64,000 nucleotides of DNA, taken from Saprospiraceae bacterium (lineage in GTDB: Bacteria > Bacteroidota > Bacteroidia > Chitinophagales > Saprospiraceae). Below are positions 37,575 to 47,987 of the stretch, one piece after another. The notes under the pieces were generated by a model. The model saw only the letters and a program-made list of their open reading frames with translations. It was not told where the DNA came from and ran no database searches. The position numbers and the translations under genes are program-made. Each line of letters opens with the position of its first letter. Within the stretch, counting starts at the first letter, position 1. The stretch spans positions 277,054-341,053 of the forward strand of contig JAHBTU010000005.1 in assembly GCA_019638455.1 (NCBI GenBank), written 5' to 3'.

Positions 37575-39635
37575 ATGCGCCACAACGCTCGACGCAACCA
37601 TCGGCGCTTCGTGTGCGTCATAGCGGGCGATATGATGCGAACTTGGTCATTTTGTAAAAATCCGTCCACGCTGCGAAGGCGCAAGCGGGTGACAACTCAC
37701 CGTGGCGCGGATGGATTTTTACAAAAAGGCAAAAAAAATCGAATAAGAACCGCATTTCTATCCCTCTCTTTTTTGCTTTGCCCCCTTTGTTTTCTTCTTT
37801 CCCAAACCACGCTCAGCCTGCATATTGCCGCTACCGAGCAGGCCGTTTTTTCTGAAAAAATAAAAAATTTTCGTCTCAAACCAGTGGGAGACTTGCCGGG
37901 TGTCGCGGTGTTTGAACTGCCCGACGATTCGGTTTCCGTTGTGCCGCTTTGCCGCGACTTGCTCCAGCATTTTCGGCAACAATCCTTCCTCGCCGCTTCC
38001 ATTGATGCCTTGCGCCAATCCTCTGGCGACGACACCGCTCGTCTTTTTGTGGCGACGCTGCACCTTGGCCCCGAAATGCGCTGGCTGACGCTTCGGCCTG
38101 TTGTGTTTGACAACAAGGAATGGCTTCGCGCCGCAGGCTTTCGAGAAAAATCCTTCGAGGGAAAGCCCTTGCGCCACGACGCGGTGCTGCGACTACAGGA
38201 AGACATTTTGAAACAGGCCGAAAACAATGGCTACCCATTCGCCCGCGTCTGGCTCGATAGCATCGAGATAGCACCCGACGGCAGCGTATCGGCGGTGTTG
38301 CAAATCGAGCGCGGGCGCTTTTTTGTTTTTAAACAAATCAACATCAACGGCGACGTGAAATTGCCAGCCGCCTACTTGCCCAATTATTTGGGCTTGAAAC
38401 CCGGCAGCCCTTACAGCCGCGCCCAAGTGTTGCGCCTCCGCGAACAAATGCGCACCCTCTTGTTTTTGGAAACGACGGGCAATCCTACCGTGACTTTTTC
38501 GGGCAAGCCCACCACCTCTACTGGCACGGCCGGCCCATCGGAAGTAGGAGAGGCAACCGTGAATCTCTTCTTGCAGAAAAAAAAAGCCAGCCGCTTCGAC
38601 TTCATCATAGGCTTGCTGCCTCAACCCGACGCGACGGACGGCAGGCTTTTGCTCACAGGCTCGCTCAATGCTGCCTTTCAAAACGCGCTCAACTTCGGCG
38701 AACGATTTGCCGCAGAGTTCGAACGGCTGCGGCCAGAGACCCAAGAGCTCGACGTGCAAGCGGGCGTGCCCTATTTGCTCGGTTCGCCATTTGGCGTGGA
38801 TGGGCGGCTCAATATCTTTCGCCGCGACAGCACTTGGGTGGACGCGCAAGGAGAGCTGGGCGTGTCCTATCTGTTCGTCGGGGGCGACTATGTGAAGTTG
38901 CTTTGGGAAAACAAAAGCTCTTCGCTCCAAAAAGTGGACACAAGCGCGGTGTTGCGCAGCCGCCTGCTTCCCCCCAATCTCGACTTTCGGCAGAATGGCT
39001 ATGGTTTTGAGGTCGGGTTGACTCGTCTGGACTACCGATTCAACCCGCGACAAGGGTGGGCGGTGCAAGTGCGTTCGTTGGCAGGCTTCAATACCGTGCG
39101 CCGCAACAGCCAAATCGAGAATTTGCGCGACCCCGACGACCCTGTATTTAGCTTCGCAAGTCTTTACGACACGGTGGCCGTCAGGCAGGCACGGTACCGC
39201 GTGGAAGGGCGAGCGGAGGCTTATGTCCCGTTTTTTCAACGCACCACCTTGAAACTGGCCGTGCGCGGCGGCGGCATCTTTTCAAAAAGACCAGTGTTCA
39301 ACAATGAACAATATCGGCTTGGCGGGAACAAATTGCTGCGTGGCTTCGACGAGGAGAGCATTTTCGCTTCGCGCTTTGTGGTGACTACGGCGGAACTGCG
39401 CTTGCTGCTTGGCCTCAACTCGTACCTCGCCGCATTTGGAGATTATGGCTATGTGGAAAACGTGACCAGCAGCACCCGCGTGTTCCTGCGCCCATTGGGC
39501 ATGGGCGGAGGGCTGACGTTCGAGACACAGGCCGGCATCTTCGGAATCAGCCTCGCCGTAGGCAAAAGAGACAACGCCGACCCACTGGATTTTCGGGCAG
39601 TGAAATTTCACATTGGGTATGTCAGCCTATTTTAA
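37575..39635 (+). CDS. Omp85-superfamily (BamA/TamA or ShlB/FhaC-like) outer membrane protein
   Basis: It has POTRA-like regions and a C-terminal barrel ending in KFHIGYVSLF (terminal Phe). The start codon is uncertain because there is no Met near the signal-like FLSLSFLLCPLCFLLSQ. Confidence 0.6.
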   Translation: MRHNARRNHRRFVCVIAGDMMRTWSFCKNPSTLRRRKRVTTHRGADGFLQKGKKNRIRTAFLSLSFLLCPLCFLLSQTTLSLHIAATEQAVFSEKIKNFRLKPVGDLPGVAVFELPDDSVSVVPLCRDLLQHFRQQSFLAASIDALRQSSGDDTARLFVATLHLGPEMRWLTLRPVVFDNKEWLRAAGFREKSFEGKPLRHDAVLRLQEDILKQAENNGYPFARVWLDSIEIAPDGSVSAVLQIERGRFFVFKQININGDVKLPAAYLPNYLGLKPGSPYSRAQVLRLREQMRTLLFLETTGNPTVTFSGKPTTSTGTAGPSEVGEATVNLFLQKKKASRFDFIIGLLPQPDATDGRLLLTGSLNAAFQNALNFGERFAAEFERLRPETQELDVQAGVPYLLGSPFGVDGRLNIFRRDSTWVDAQGELGVSYLFVGGDYVKLLWENKSSSLQKVDTSAVLRSRLLPPNLDFRQNGYGFEVGLTRLDYRFNPRQGWAVQVRSLAGFNTVRRNSQIENLRDPDDPVFSFASLYDTVAVRQARYRVEGRAEAYVPFFQRTTLKLAVRGGGIFSKRPVFNNEQYRLGGNKLLRGFDEESIFASRFVVTTAELRLLLGLNSYLAAFGDYGYVENVTSSTRVFLRPLGMGGGLTFETQAGIFGISLAVGKRDNADPLDFRAVKFHIGYVSLF

Positions 39636-39914
39636 GAAGGTTGACCTAACTTCGCCAGTGAAGCAAGTTCATGCAGGCAAACGCCGTTAAATCTCGGTTA
39701 AACACTTGTTTAAAAAGTAACCGCCGACACCCAATTTTGTCTGAAAGCAAAGTTTTTAACAATTGCCTTTTGCGGTTCGGTGGGTTTAAGCGAACTTTAA
39801 CGGCCTAAAGTCGTTCACTTTAAATCGGTTTTAACCAAAAAAAGTACGCAAACCCTCTAATTTTGACCCTGCAAATCATTGCGCAACAGAACGCGCACAA
39901 AAAATTTTCACACC

Positions 39915-41252
39915 ATGAAAGGAAATAAAAAGTCATTGATTTGGATGTTCGTCGCGCTGTTCGCGCTGGCACTCTCCACGCCGGCCCAAGCACAAGACGA
40001 CCTCTATTACGACCCGTCAACCGACGCAAGGCGTTCGACTACGACGTACAGGGAGACTTACGAAGAGCCAAACAACGTCACTCGCCGCTACAATGGCGAC
40101 GACTCTTACTATGAAGAAGACGATTATGCGTACGAGTACTCGTCGCGTATCCGCCGATTCCATCGCCCGGTGCGTGCCATTGACTACTACGACCCTTTCT
40201 TCGTTGACCTTTACTATTACGACCCGTTCTTTTTGCCGGGTGCTTCCATCTACACTTTTGGCTACAACGACTATTGGAGATGGCGCCGCTGGCAACGCTG
40301 GAACGCTTGGAACGCTTGGAATCCGTGGAACCCCTGGGGCGGTTTCGGCTTTGGCTGGAATAGCTGGACGGGCTGGAACGCAGGCTGGGGCTGGGGCGGC
40401 TACAATGCGTGGAACAACCCGTTCGTGTGGAACAACTATTTCTACGACCCTTACTGGACGTGGAATGGTTGCAACCCCTACTACGGCAACGTATGGGTCA
40501 ACAACAATTACTACTACAACAATAACAACAACTGGAACAACAATGGCTACCGCCCGCAGACCTACACAGGCCCGCGTCGCGGAGGCACGGGGGTCAACTC
40601 GTCGGGCTTTGCCCGCCTAGCCAGCAACACCGGCTCCAACGGACGCTTGGCTACTGCCGAGAAAGATGTTCCGGTAGTGGAGATGCGGCCACGAACCAAT
40701 GGCCGCGAATCGGTGAGAACGCCTGCCGACCAGCAAGTAGAGCGTGTGTCACCATCCGCCACGGAACGCAGACCCGCTTCTGACGCGGTGAGCAGAAACC
40801 CTGCCTCCACCAGTGGGCGTGAAGGCGTGCAGCAAGGCAGAAACGACCGTCCGAGCCGTGAAGGAGTTTCTGGCAACGAGGCGCCAACCCGTCGTCCGGC
40901 GCAAGAGACGCGCCCGTCGCGCGAGCCTTCGCAAGAGACGCGCCCGTCGCGTCAGCAGCCATCACAACAAGAAACCCGGCCCTCACGCCCAAGTGGTTCC
41001 GATGCCCGCCCAAGCCGTCCTTCCACGCAAGACCGCCCATCGGTGCAAGAGCGCCCGTCGCGCCCCAGCGGTGGCGGTTCTGATGCTCGGCCCAGCCGCA
41101 GCAGCGGTGGCTCTGATGGTGGTGGCCGTTCGTTCAGCCCGAGCTCTTCAGGCGGCAGCCGGGGCAGTAGTGGTGGCTCGAGCGGTGGCAGTTCCGGCGG
41201 TGGCAGCCGAGGTGGCGGCGGTGGTGGTAGCCGAGGCGGTGGCCGCAACTGA
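39915..41252 (+). CDS. secreted low-complexity protein (acidic/Tyr N-region, Trp/Asn/Tyr/Gly core, RPS/SGG tail)
   Basis: Trimmed to MKGNKKSLIWMFVALFALALSTPAQAQ, a signal peptide. By my count, 18 Trp fall in a 91-residue stretch (RWRRWQRWNAWNAWNPWNPWGG...NNNNNWNNNGY). It then has ETRPSR-type repeats and a GGSSGG/RGG tail, with its own terminator downstream. Confidence 0.6.
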   Translation: MKGNKKSLIWMFVALFALALSTPAQAQDDLYYDPSTDARRSTTTYRETYEEPNNVTRRYNGDDSYYEEDDYAYEYSSRIRRFHRPVRAIDYYDPFFVDLYYYDPFFLPGASIYTFGYNDYWRWRRWQRWNAWNAWNPWNPWGGFGFGWNSWTGWNAGWGWGGYNAWNNPFVWNNYFYDPYWTWNGCNPYYGNVWVNNNYYYNNNNNWNNNGYRPQTYTGPRRGGTGVNSSGFARLASNTGSNGRLATAEKDVPVVEMRPRTNGRESVRTPADQQVERVSPSATERRPASDAVSRNPASTSGREGVQQGRNDRPSREGVSGNEAPTRRPAQETRPSREPSQETRPSRQQPSQQETRPSRPSGSDARPSRPSTQDRPSVQERPSRPSGGGSDARPSRSSGGSDGGGRSFSPSSSGGSRGSSGGSSGGSSGGGSRGGGGGGSRGGGRN

Positions 41253-41280
41253 TACTCCTTTCGCCAACATTTTTTTTGTG

Positions 41281-41327
41281 AATGGGTGGAAATTGGTACC
41301 AACACCTTCTTCCACCCATTTTCTTTG
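41281..41327 (+). terminator. terminator hairpin (11-bp stem) with T-rich tail
   Basis: aatgggtggaa (41281-41291) pairs with ttccacccatt (41310-41320) and is followed by ttctttg. Confidence 0.55.
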
Positions 41328-41443
41328 CCTTTCAAAAAGGTCGAAGCGGGTGCTCTCGAAAAAAAACATATTGCATTGATGCGTTTCCTTGAACAACTTC
41401 CCCTTTCAACCTATTTCAACCAATACTGCTAAATCAACGAACT

Positions 41444-42925
41444 ATGAAAAGGCACCTAATGCCGACACTCCTTTTGTTGATGTCGGCCACACTGTTGGCG
41501 CAAACAGCCAGCGATGTTCTCAAATACTCTTTCCTGCAACCCAGCGGAACGGCCCGATACGCGGGCGTAGGTGGCGCTATGGGTGCTTTGGGCGCTGATT
41601 TCGGCACGATAAGTGGCAACCCTGCTGGGTTGGCCCTTTTCCGCGCCAATGAATTCACCGCGACACCCAGCCTTCGTTTTGCCAACACCGATGCCCGTTT
41701 GCCGGGCAATCCGGTGGTGGACGAAAGCAGGAGCGCCTTTGGCTTCGACAATTTGGGCTTGGTGTTCAACACCACTCCTCGCACGGGGCGTTGGAAGACC
41801 TTCAATGTAGGCATTGGCTTCAACCGAATGAACAACTACAATCAAGCGATTTACTACTTTGGCGATGCGCCGGGCACCATTATGAAAGGTTTCTTCGACG
41901 ACGCACAAGCAGTGTTCAACAACGGAGGCACCGACGACGACCTAAACCCCTTTGGCTCGCAACTTGCCTGGGACGCGCAAGCCTTGTATTTTCAGGACGG
42001 CAGATTCACCTATGATTTTGAAGGGTACGAGAATGCGACGATTGAGCATTCGCAGACCGTCACCACCTTCGGCAGCATGAACGAGATGGCGCTTTCTTTT
42101 GCCGGAAACTACGATGAAAGACTCATGGTGGGCGTGACGGTGGGCGTGCCGTTTGTGAACTACCGCCTCGAAAGCGAGTACGTTGAAAGAGACCCTGGTG
42201 GCGATGTGGAGGGCAATGTCCCTTATTTTGGTCGGTTGGTTTACACCGATTATCTGCGGACGGAAGGCATCGGCATCAATCTCAAGATGGGCATGATTTA
42301 TCGCGTGAATCAAATGATGCGGCTTGGCGTTGCCTTTCACACCCCCACCGCATTGGGCTTGACTGACAACTATAGCAACACGTTTGCCTACGACTATGGC
42401 GATGGAAGCGGCTCTTACAAAGGGCAAACACTTCTTTCGCCGGATGGGGTTTTTGACTACAAATTGCGCACGCCGTGGAGATTCATAGGCAGCACTGCTT
42501 TTGTCTTCAAAAAATACGGCTTCATCAGCGCCGATGTGGAGTGGGTGGATTACACCGCAAACCGCTACAATTTTACTTCCAATGTGTCCAACAACGAGAA
42601 CAAAACGCTTGAGCGGCAACTGAACAACGAAATCCGGCGCAACTACCAATCGGCTGCCAACATCCGTTTGGGAGGCGAGCTGGCGCTCGAACAGTTTCGT
42701 TTTCGCGCAGGCCTGAATCTGTTGGGCAATCCCGAAAAAGGAGAGTCTGGCTTCACCACGGCCTTTTCGCTGGGGGCGGGCATCAGGGCGCAATCGTTTT
42801 TCATAGACGTGGCATATCGCCGATTCACGGGCGACGGCATCGTGAACCCGGGCATAGGTGCCCCCACCGTGCTGACCGACAACGCCTTCAATGATGTGGC
42901 TTTGACCTTGGGGTTCAGGTTTTAG
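41444..42925 (+). CDS. FadL/OmpP1-like outer membrane beta-barrel protein (putative)
   Basis: 493 aa with a signal peptide. ARYAGVGGAMGALGADFGTISGNPAGLALF is the N-terminal hatch-like motif, and the protein ends in a terminal Phe (LTLGFRF). Confidence 0.55.
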   Translation: MKRHLMPTLLLLMSATLLAQTASDVLKYSFLQPSGTARYAGVGGAMGALGADFGTISGNPAGLALFRANEFTATPSLRFANTDARLPGNPVVDESRSAFGFDNLGLVFNTTPRTGRWKTFNVGIGFNRMNNYNQAIYYFGDAPGTIMKGFFDDAQAVFNNGGTDDDLNPFGSQLAWDAQALYFQDGRFTYDFEGYENATIEHSQTVTTFGSMNEMALSFAGNYDERLMVGVTVGVPFVNYRLESEYVERDPGGDVEGNVPYFGRLVYTDYLRTEGIGINLKMGMIYRVNQMMRLGVAFHTPTALGLTDNYSNTFAYDYGDGSGSYKGQTLLSPDGVFDYKLRTPWRFIGSTAFVFKKYGFISADVEWVDYTANRYNFTSNVSNNENKTLERQLNNEIRRNYQSAANIRLGGELALEQFRFRAGLNLLGNPEKGESGFTTAFSLGAGIRAQSFFIDVAYRRFTGDGIVNPGIGAPTVLTDNAFNDVALTLGFRF

Positions 42926-43221
42926 GGGAGATTGAACGGTTGGGGATTTGAGGATTTGTTTATCTGAGGAATCGGGAGGCAGTCGGTGGCAAGTGCAATG
43001 TGAATGTTCGGAAAAGTATGTCAAGGCTTCCGTAATGTTTCAATGCGAATTAGTGGTTTGAATTTTTTAGCGTCTGGTGCTCAAGTCTTTTATTCAGGCG
43101 GTGACTTGAAATCGCCGCCTGAATAGCGCACGTTTTCAGCATTTTGCCTAAATCCCTAATTCGCGTTTTTTTATTGCCTTCAACGGGCTGACACAGTTTT
43201 TTGAGCAGGCTACCCAAATCC

Positions 43222-43324
43222 CACTTTTCAAATTTGCCACGAAGTCACAAAGACGCAAAGCAATATACTCTTGATTTGCCGCATTTTGTGTCTTTGCGGC
43301 ACGAAAATAATGTCCAGTAGTGTG
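43222..43324 (+). mobile_element. Rep2 MITE, copy 2 (left TIR partly deleted) with 9-bp target-site duplication
   Basis: The interior and right TIR match copy 1. It is flanked by identical cccaaatcc at 43213-43221 and 43325-43333. Confidence 0.8.
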
Positions 43325-43382
43325 CCCAAATCCTCCAATAAGCAAATCCCCAATCCCTCCCTTCCATTCTTTTGTTTCCGGC

Positions 43383-43562
43383 TATACCCAGATTAAAGAT
43401 GATTTGAACCTGCCCGTTGGCAAGGCAGGGATTTCCTTGATTGATTTGCATGATCTCCAAAGGATTGCGAGCACCGTTCGTTCAAAACCACCTTGTCAGA
43501 CCCTGTACTCAGGGGCTTGCCCAGCCAAGTGAAGCGGACGGGGCTGATTTGCGTTGACTATA
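43383..43562 (+). mobile_element. Rep1 interspersed repeat, copy C
   Basis: Full-length copy. Its last base abuts the hutH stop codon (43563-43565 on the minus strand). Confidence 0.85.
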
Positions 43563-45056
43563 TCAAGCGTGTGCATCCAGCATCGCGTTTCGCAAAAACA
43601 CCACCGTAGCCTCTATGTCGTCGTGCAAAACGCGGTCGTTCCCCAGACGAGGCACCACCGTTCGATAGCGGGCGTGCATTGACTCAATGGCTGGCGACGA
43701 GCGCGACGGTCGCCGATACTCCAGCGCCTGCATGGCCACCATAAACTCGATGGCTAAAAGCCTTTCCAAGTTAAGCACAATGCGCCGAGCCTTCGTGGCA
43801 GCATTCGCCGCCATGCTAACATGGTCTTCTTGACCATTGCAACTTATGATGCTATCCACCGAGGCGGGTGTGCAAAGCCCCTTGTTTTGGTTGACAATGG
43901 AAGCCGCCGTGTATTGTGCAATCATCATCCCGGAATGTAGGCCGGGGTCGTCGGTCAAGAATGGGGGGAGACCGCGCTGACCGCCTATCAATTGATAGAC
44001 GCGGCGCTCGGAGATGCTTCCCAATTCAGCCAATGCGATGCCCAGATAATCGAGCGGCAACGCAAGCGGCTGTGCGTGAAAGTTTCCACCAGAAAGAATC
44101 AAATCATCATCGGGGAAGATATTGGGGTTGTCCGTCACGGCATTGATTTCCGTGAGGAGCATTTGTTCGATATGCGCCAGCGCGTCGAGGCTGGCACCAT
44201 GCACCTGGGGCACACATCGGAAAGCGTAGGGGTCTTGTACGCTCGTTTTTTCCGTCGAAGCTATTTGGCTGCCTTCAAGCCATTGCAATACGTTCCGTGC
44301 CGCCTCCAACTGCCCTTTGTGCGGGCGAATTTGATGGATGTGTGCGTCGAGTGGCGACAAACGACAGTTGAACGCATCGTAGCCAATGGCCGCGTTCATG
44401 TGGGCTATTTGGGTCAGTCGGCGACTTTCCAGCAGACACCACGCCATGTAGGCGGCTGAGAACTGTGTGCCGTTGAGCAAGGCCAATGCTTCTTTGGCCT
44501 TGAACACCAACGGGGGCCAACCCCGCAATTGCAACACCACATCCGCTCGTTGCCTGCGCCCTTCGTGCCATACTTCGCCAAGACCAATGAGCGGCAAACT
44601 CAAATGCGCCAGCGGGGCCAAGTCGCCCGAAGCGCCCAGCGAGCCTAACTCAAACACAACAGGCAAGATGTCGGCATTGTAAAAATCGAGCAGGCGTCGC
44701 ACCACCTTTTCCCGCACCCCGGAGTAGCCGTAGGAGAGGCTCTGAATTTTGAGCAGCAACATGAGGCGCACCACTTCGGGTGGCACCAAGTCACCTGTAC
44801 CACAAGCATGGCTCACCACCAGATTGTGCTGCAACTGCTCTATGTCTTCCTCTGAGATTCGGATGTCGCAAAGGGAGCCGAATCCCGTATTGATGCCGTA
44901 GAAGAGTTCGTTCGCTTGGACGAGTTTGTGGTCGAGATATTCCCGACAGCGATGAATGCGGCGGGCAGATGCTTCTGACAAGGCCAACGGGTGCCTTTCG
45001 ACTACAATTTGGCGAATGGTTTCAAGGGAAAAGTGGTCAGGACTGATTTCGTGCAC
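43563..45056 (-). CDS. hutH: histidine ammonia-lyase
   Basis: 497 aa. [11 protein letters not shown] holds the MIO-forming Ala-Ser-Gly. The selectivity position reads VVSHACG (Ser-His), as in HAL rather than PAL/TAL. Confidence 0.85.
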   Translation of the reverse strand: MHEISPDHFSLETIRQIVVERHPLALSEASARRIHRCREYLDHKLVQANELFYGINTGFGSLCDIRISEEDIEQLQHNLVVSHACGTGDLVPPEVVRLMLLLKIQSLSYGYSGVREKVVRRLLDFYNADILPVVFELGSLGASGDLAPLAHLSLPLIGLGEVWHEGRRQRADVVLQLRGWPPLVFKAKEALALLNGTQFSAAYMAWCLLESRRLTQIAHMNAAIGYDAFNCRLSPLDAHIHQIRPHKGQLEAARNVLQWLEGSQIASTEKTSVQDPYAFRCVPQVHGASLDALAHIEQMLLTEINAVTDNPNIFPDDDLILSGGNFHAQPLALPLDYLGIALAELGSISERRVYQLIGGQRGLPPFLTDDPGLHSGMMIAQYTAASIVNQNKGLCTPASVDSIISCNGQEDHVSMAANAATKARRIVLNLERLLAIEFMVAMQALEYRRPSRSSPAIESMHARYRTVVPRLGNDRVLHDDIEATVVFLRNAMLDAHA

Positions 45057-45158
45057 TTTGTTTGTTGCTTAGTTCGGGCGGCAAAATTAAGGCATTTCTC
45101 TACCTTAGCGCCCAATTTCGCAACACAGTACTCACCACTCTTAACTTACCATTCAAAA

Positions 45159-46424
45159 ATGCAAGGTTCTACCATCACCATCAAAAAAGGCAAACTGAAA
45201 GTCCCCAACGACCCCATCATCCCATTCATCGAGGGCGACGGCACGGGGCCTGATATTTGGGCAGCCTCTGTGCGCGTGCTCGACGCGGCTGTGGAGAAAG
45301 CTTACAACGGCAAAAAGAAAATCGTGTGGAAAGAAGTGCTCGCGGGTGAAAAAGCCTTCAACAAAACAGGCAACTGGCTCCCCGATGAGACCTTGAAAAT
45401 CATTGACGAATATAAAGTCGCCATAAAAGGCCCGCTCACCACCCCTGTGGGCGGCGGTATTCGCTCGCTGAACGTGGCGCTTCGCCAACAACTTGACCTC
45501 TACGCCTGTGTGCGCCCGGTGCGTTGGTTCAAAGGCGTGCCCTCGCCCGTGAAAGAACCCGGCCTCGTGGACATGGTCATTTTCCGTGAAAATACCGAAG
45601 ACATCTACGCGGGCATCGAGTATCTCACTGGCACTCCCGAAGCCGACAAAGTGCTGGCGTTTCTTCAAAATGAAATGGGGGTCAAAAAAATACGCTTCCC
45701 CAAAACCTCCTCCATCGGCATCAAACCCGTCTCCATCGAAGGCACGGAGCGCCTCGTGCGCGCGGCATTGGAATACGCCTTCAAGTACAAGCGCAAATCG
45801 CTGACGCTCGTACACAAAGGCAACATCATGAAATTCACCGAGGGCAAGTTCAAGGACTGGGGCTACGCATTGGCCGAACGCGAATACGGCGACCGCGTGT
45901 TCACATGGGCTGAATACGACCGCATCAAGGAATCGAAAGGCGAGGATGCCGCCAACAAAGCCCAAACCGAAGCCCTTGCCGCAGGCAAAATGCTTGTGAA
46001 GGACAGCATTGCCGACGCTTTCCTCCAACAAATCCTGCTCCGTCCGGCAGAATATGATGTGGTAGCCACCCTCAATCTCAACGGCGACTACCTATCCGAC
46101 GCTTTGGCCGCGCAGGTTGGTGGCATCGGCATCGCGCCGGGCGCCAATATCAACTACCTCACCGGTCACGCCATCTTCGAGGCCACGCACGGCACGGCTC
46201 CCAAATACGCAGGCAAAGACATGGTGAACCCTTCCTCGGTCATCCTTTCCGGTGTGATGATGTTCGAATACCTCGGCTGGGACAAAGCCGCCAAACTAAT
46301 CGTCAAAGGTTTGGAGCGGAGCATTCGCAAAAAACGCGTCACTTACGACTTTGAACGCCTGATGAAAGGCGCTACCAAACTGAAGTGCTCTGAATTCGGC
46401 TCCGAAATCATCGCCAATATGTAA
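45159..46424 (+). CDS. icd: NADP-dependent isocitrate dehydrogenase
   Basis: Trimmed to [46 protein letters not shown] and [10 protein letters not shown] are canonical Icd blocks. Confidence 0.9.
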   Translation: MQGSTITIKKGKLKVPNDPIIPFIEGDGTGPDIWAASVRVLDAAVEKAYNGKKKIVWKEVLAGEKAFNKTGNWLPDETLKIIDEYKVAIKGPLTTPVGGGIRSLNVALRQQLDLYACVRPVRWFKGVPSPVKEPGLVDMVIFRENTEDIYAGIEYLTGTPEADKVLAFLQNEMGVKKIRFPKTSSIGIKPVSIEGTERLVRAALEYAFKYKRKSLTLVHKGNIMKFTEGKFKDWGYALAEREYGDRVFTWAEYDRIKESKGEDAANKAQTEALAAGKMLVKDSIADAFLQQILLRPAEYDVVATLNLNGDYLSDALAAQVGGIGIAPGANINYLTGHAIFEATHGTAPKYAGKDMVNPSSVILSGVMMFEYLGWDKAAKLIVKGLERSIRKKRVTYDFERLMKGATKLKCSEFGSEIIANM

Positions 46425-46435
46425 GGTCAATTCCA

Positions 46436-46559
46436 AGAGGTTGCTTAATCTCATATCTCGCGCTGCCAAGTTTTGGGCATGGCTGCAATCGCAATCTGCT
46501 CAAAATCATGACCATCTGACAAATCCTAGCGAATCAAGGTATAAGTTTAAGCAACCTCT
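46436..46559. repeat. 124-bp element bounded by perfect 13-bp inverted repeats
   Basis: agaggttgcttaa (46436-46448) is the reverse complement of ttaagcaacctct (46547-46559). It fills the convergent icd/monooxygenase spacer and touches the stop codon at 46559. Confidence 0.75.
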
Positions 46560-47707
46560 CAAAAATCCACTTTCAACAAGGCTTTCAATTGCTGCTCGTT
46601 CACGCGCTCCGGCACCAACCGGAATAGCGCGTTGCGCAGAGTGACCAGCCACGGCTGGCTCAGTTGGGCGATTTTCCCCAGCCGCCATGAGTTGTTCACG
46701 ATGAAATGCGTGCGTGCCAGCCTGCGCTTTTCAAATGCTGCAAACGCAGCGGCAGGGTCGGCGTTTTTCCCCAACTCGTCAGCCAAAATCACGGCATCCT
46801 CAATGGCCTGACACGCGCCCTGCCCCATGTTTGGGGTGGTGGCGTGCGCCGCGTCGCCGATGAGTACGATGTGCTCGAAAGCAAATTTTCTGATTGGCTT
46901 GAGGTCAATGATATCGTTCCAAATCAGGTCGGCATCACGGGTGTTTTCCAAAATGGTCTTCACGGATGGATGGAATTTTTGGAAAAAACGCTGTAAATCG
47001 GCGACTTTGGCCCCGCGCATACTTGGGTCGTTCTGTGGGGCATTCACGCAGGCAAACCAGTAGATTTTCCCGCCTGCCAACGGCACGATGCCAAAACGCC
47101 CGTTCGTGCCCCAAGTCTCCGATGCCTCGGAAAGGCCAGCCAAGGCGGTCGGCGCTTCGATGACCGCCCGCCAGCAAGTGTAGCCCGCATAGCGCGGTTC
47201 CGAATCGGGGAGCAACTGGCGGCGAACCGCCGAGTGAATCCCTTCTGCCACCACCAGATAATCCGTCCGGTGTGTGGAGCCATCGGCGAAATGAATCACG
47301 ATGCTATCGTCAGGTTGTTTTTCGACGCGCACGGCGCGTTTACCGGTCTGCACCTGATGGGGTGTCAACTCAGCCAGTAGTGCGTCGTGCAAATCAGCGC
47401 GGTGAATGGCGAAATTGTGCAGGCCGTATTGCCGCCCGATTTTTGCGGCATCGGCAGTAGTGATGACGCGGCCTCGCTGGTCGAGGATGCTGAACGTGGG
47501 CAGGGCAAGACCCCGTGCCACGATTTTTTCGGCGATGCCGAGGCATTCATAACCTTTTACTGCGTTGGCGGCCAGCAGCAGCCCCGCGCCGAGCGGCTTG
47601 ATGTCGGCTGCGGCCTCAAAAACCGCAGGGCGTATGCCTTTTTGATTCAAGGCAATGGCGGCGGTCAGTCCAGCGATGCCGCCGCCAAGTATGGTGTATT
47701 GCTTCAT
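46559..47707 (-). CDS. FAD-dependent monooxygenase (UbiH/salicylate hydroxylase-like)
   Basis: 382 aa. ILGGGIAGLTAA is the GxGxxG motif, and LIGDAAHATTPNMGQGACQAIEDA is the FAD fingerprint. Confidence 0.85.
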   Translation of the reverse strand: MKQYTILGGGIAGLTAAIALNQKGIRPAVFEAAADIKPLGAGLLLAANAVKGYECLGIAEKIVARGLALPTFSILDQRGRVITTADAAKIGRQYGLHNFAIHRADLHDALLAELTPHQVQTGKRAVRVEKQPDDSIVIHFADGSTHRTDYLVVAEGIHSAVRRQLLPDSEPRYAGYTCWRAVIEAPTALAGLSEASETWGTNGRFGIVPLAGGKIYWFACVNAPQNDPSMRGAKVADLQRFFQKFHPSVKTILENTRDADLIWNDIIDLKPIRKFAFEHIVLIGDAAHATTPNMGQGACQAIEDAVILADELGKNADPAAAFAAFEKRRLARTHFIVNNSWRLGKIAQLSQPWLVTLRNALFRLVPERVNEQQLKALLKVDF

Positions 47708-47806
47708 AACTTGTTCGTTGAGACAAAGGTCTTAATGCTCGCCTCTTTGACTTGACGTATTTTGCGTCAAAAAAGTGGCAAGTTGCGCCATGAAAATCGA
47801 ATGGTG

Positions 47807-47987
47807 TATAGTCAACGCAAATCAGCCCCGTCCGCTTCCATTTGGCCGGGCAAGCCCCTGAGTACAGGGTCTGACAAGGTGGTTTTGAACGAACGGTGCT
47901 CGCAATCCTTTGGAAATCATGCAAATCAATCAAGGAAATCCCTGCCTTGCCAACCGGCAGGTTCAAATCCTCTTTAATCTGGGTATA
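47807..47987 (-). mobile_element. Rep1 interspersed repeat, copy D (inverted)
   Basis: Reverse complement of the about 180-bp element. It lies 99 nt upstream of the monooxygenase start, in the same orientation as that gene. Confidence 0.85.

Noticed and set aside
39636-39914. The TTAA-rich 280-bp spacer upstream of the low-complexity protein gene as an ncRNA or a defined promoter. taattttg at 39858-39865 fits the Bacteroidota -7 TAnnTTTG motif.
   Set aside because: The -7-like match has no convincing TTTG -33 partner at the right spacing. The short ggtta/taacc repeats are weak. There is not enough evidence to annotate a feature.
47807-47987. Rep1 as a tRNA, tmRNA or tRNA-derived gene. Its minus-strand reading contains ggcaggttcaaatcctc, which resembles a T-arm/T-loop (GGTTCAAATCC).
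   Set aside because: The five bases on either side of the putative T-loop do not pair (gcagg versus cctct). No acceptor stem, anticodon arm or CCA context can be drawn. The element is 180 nt and present in four copies.
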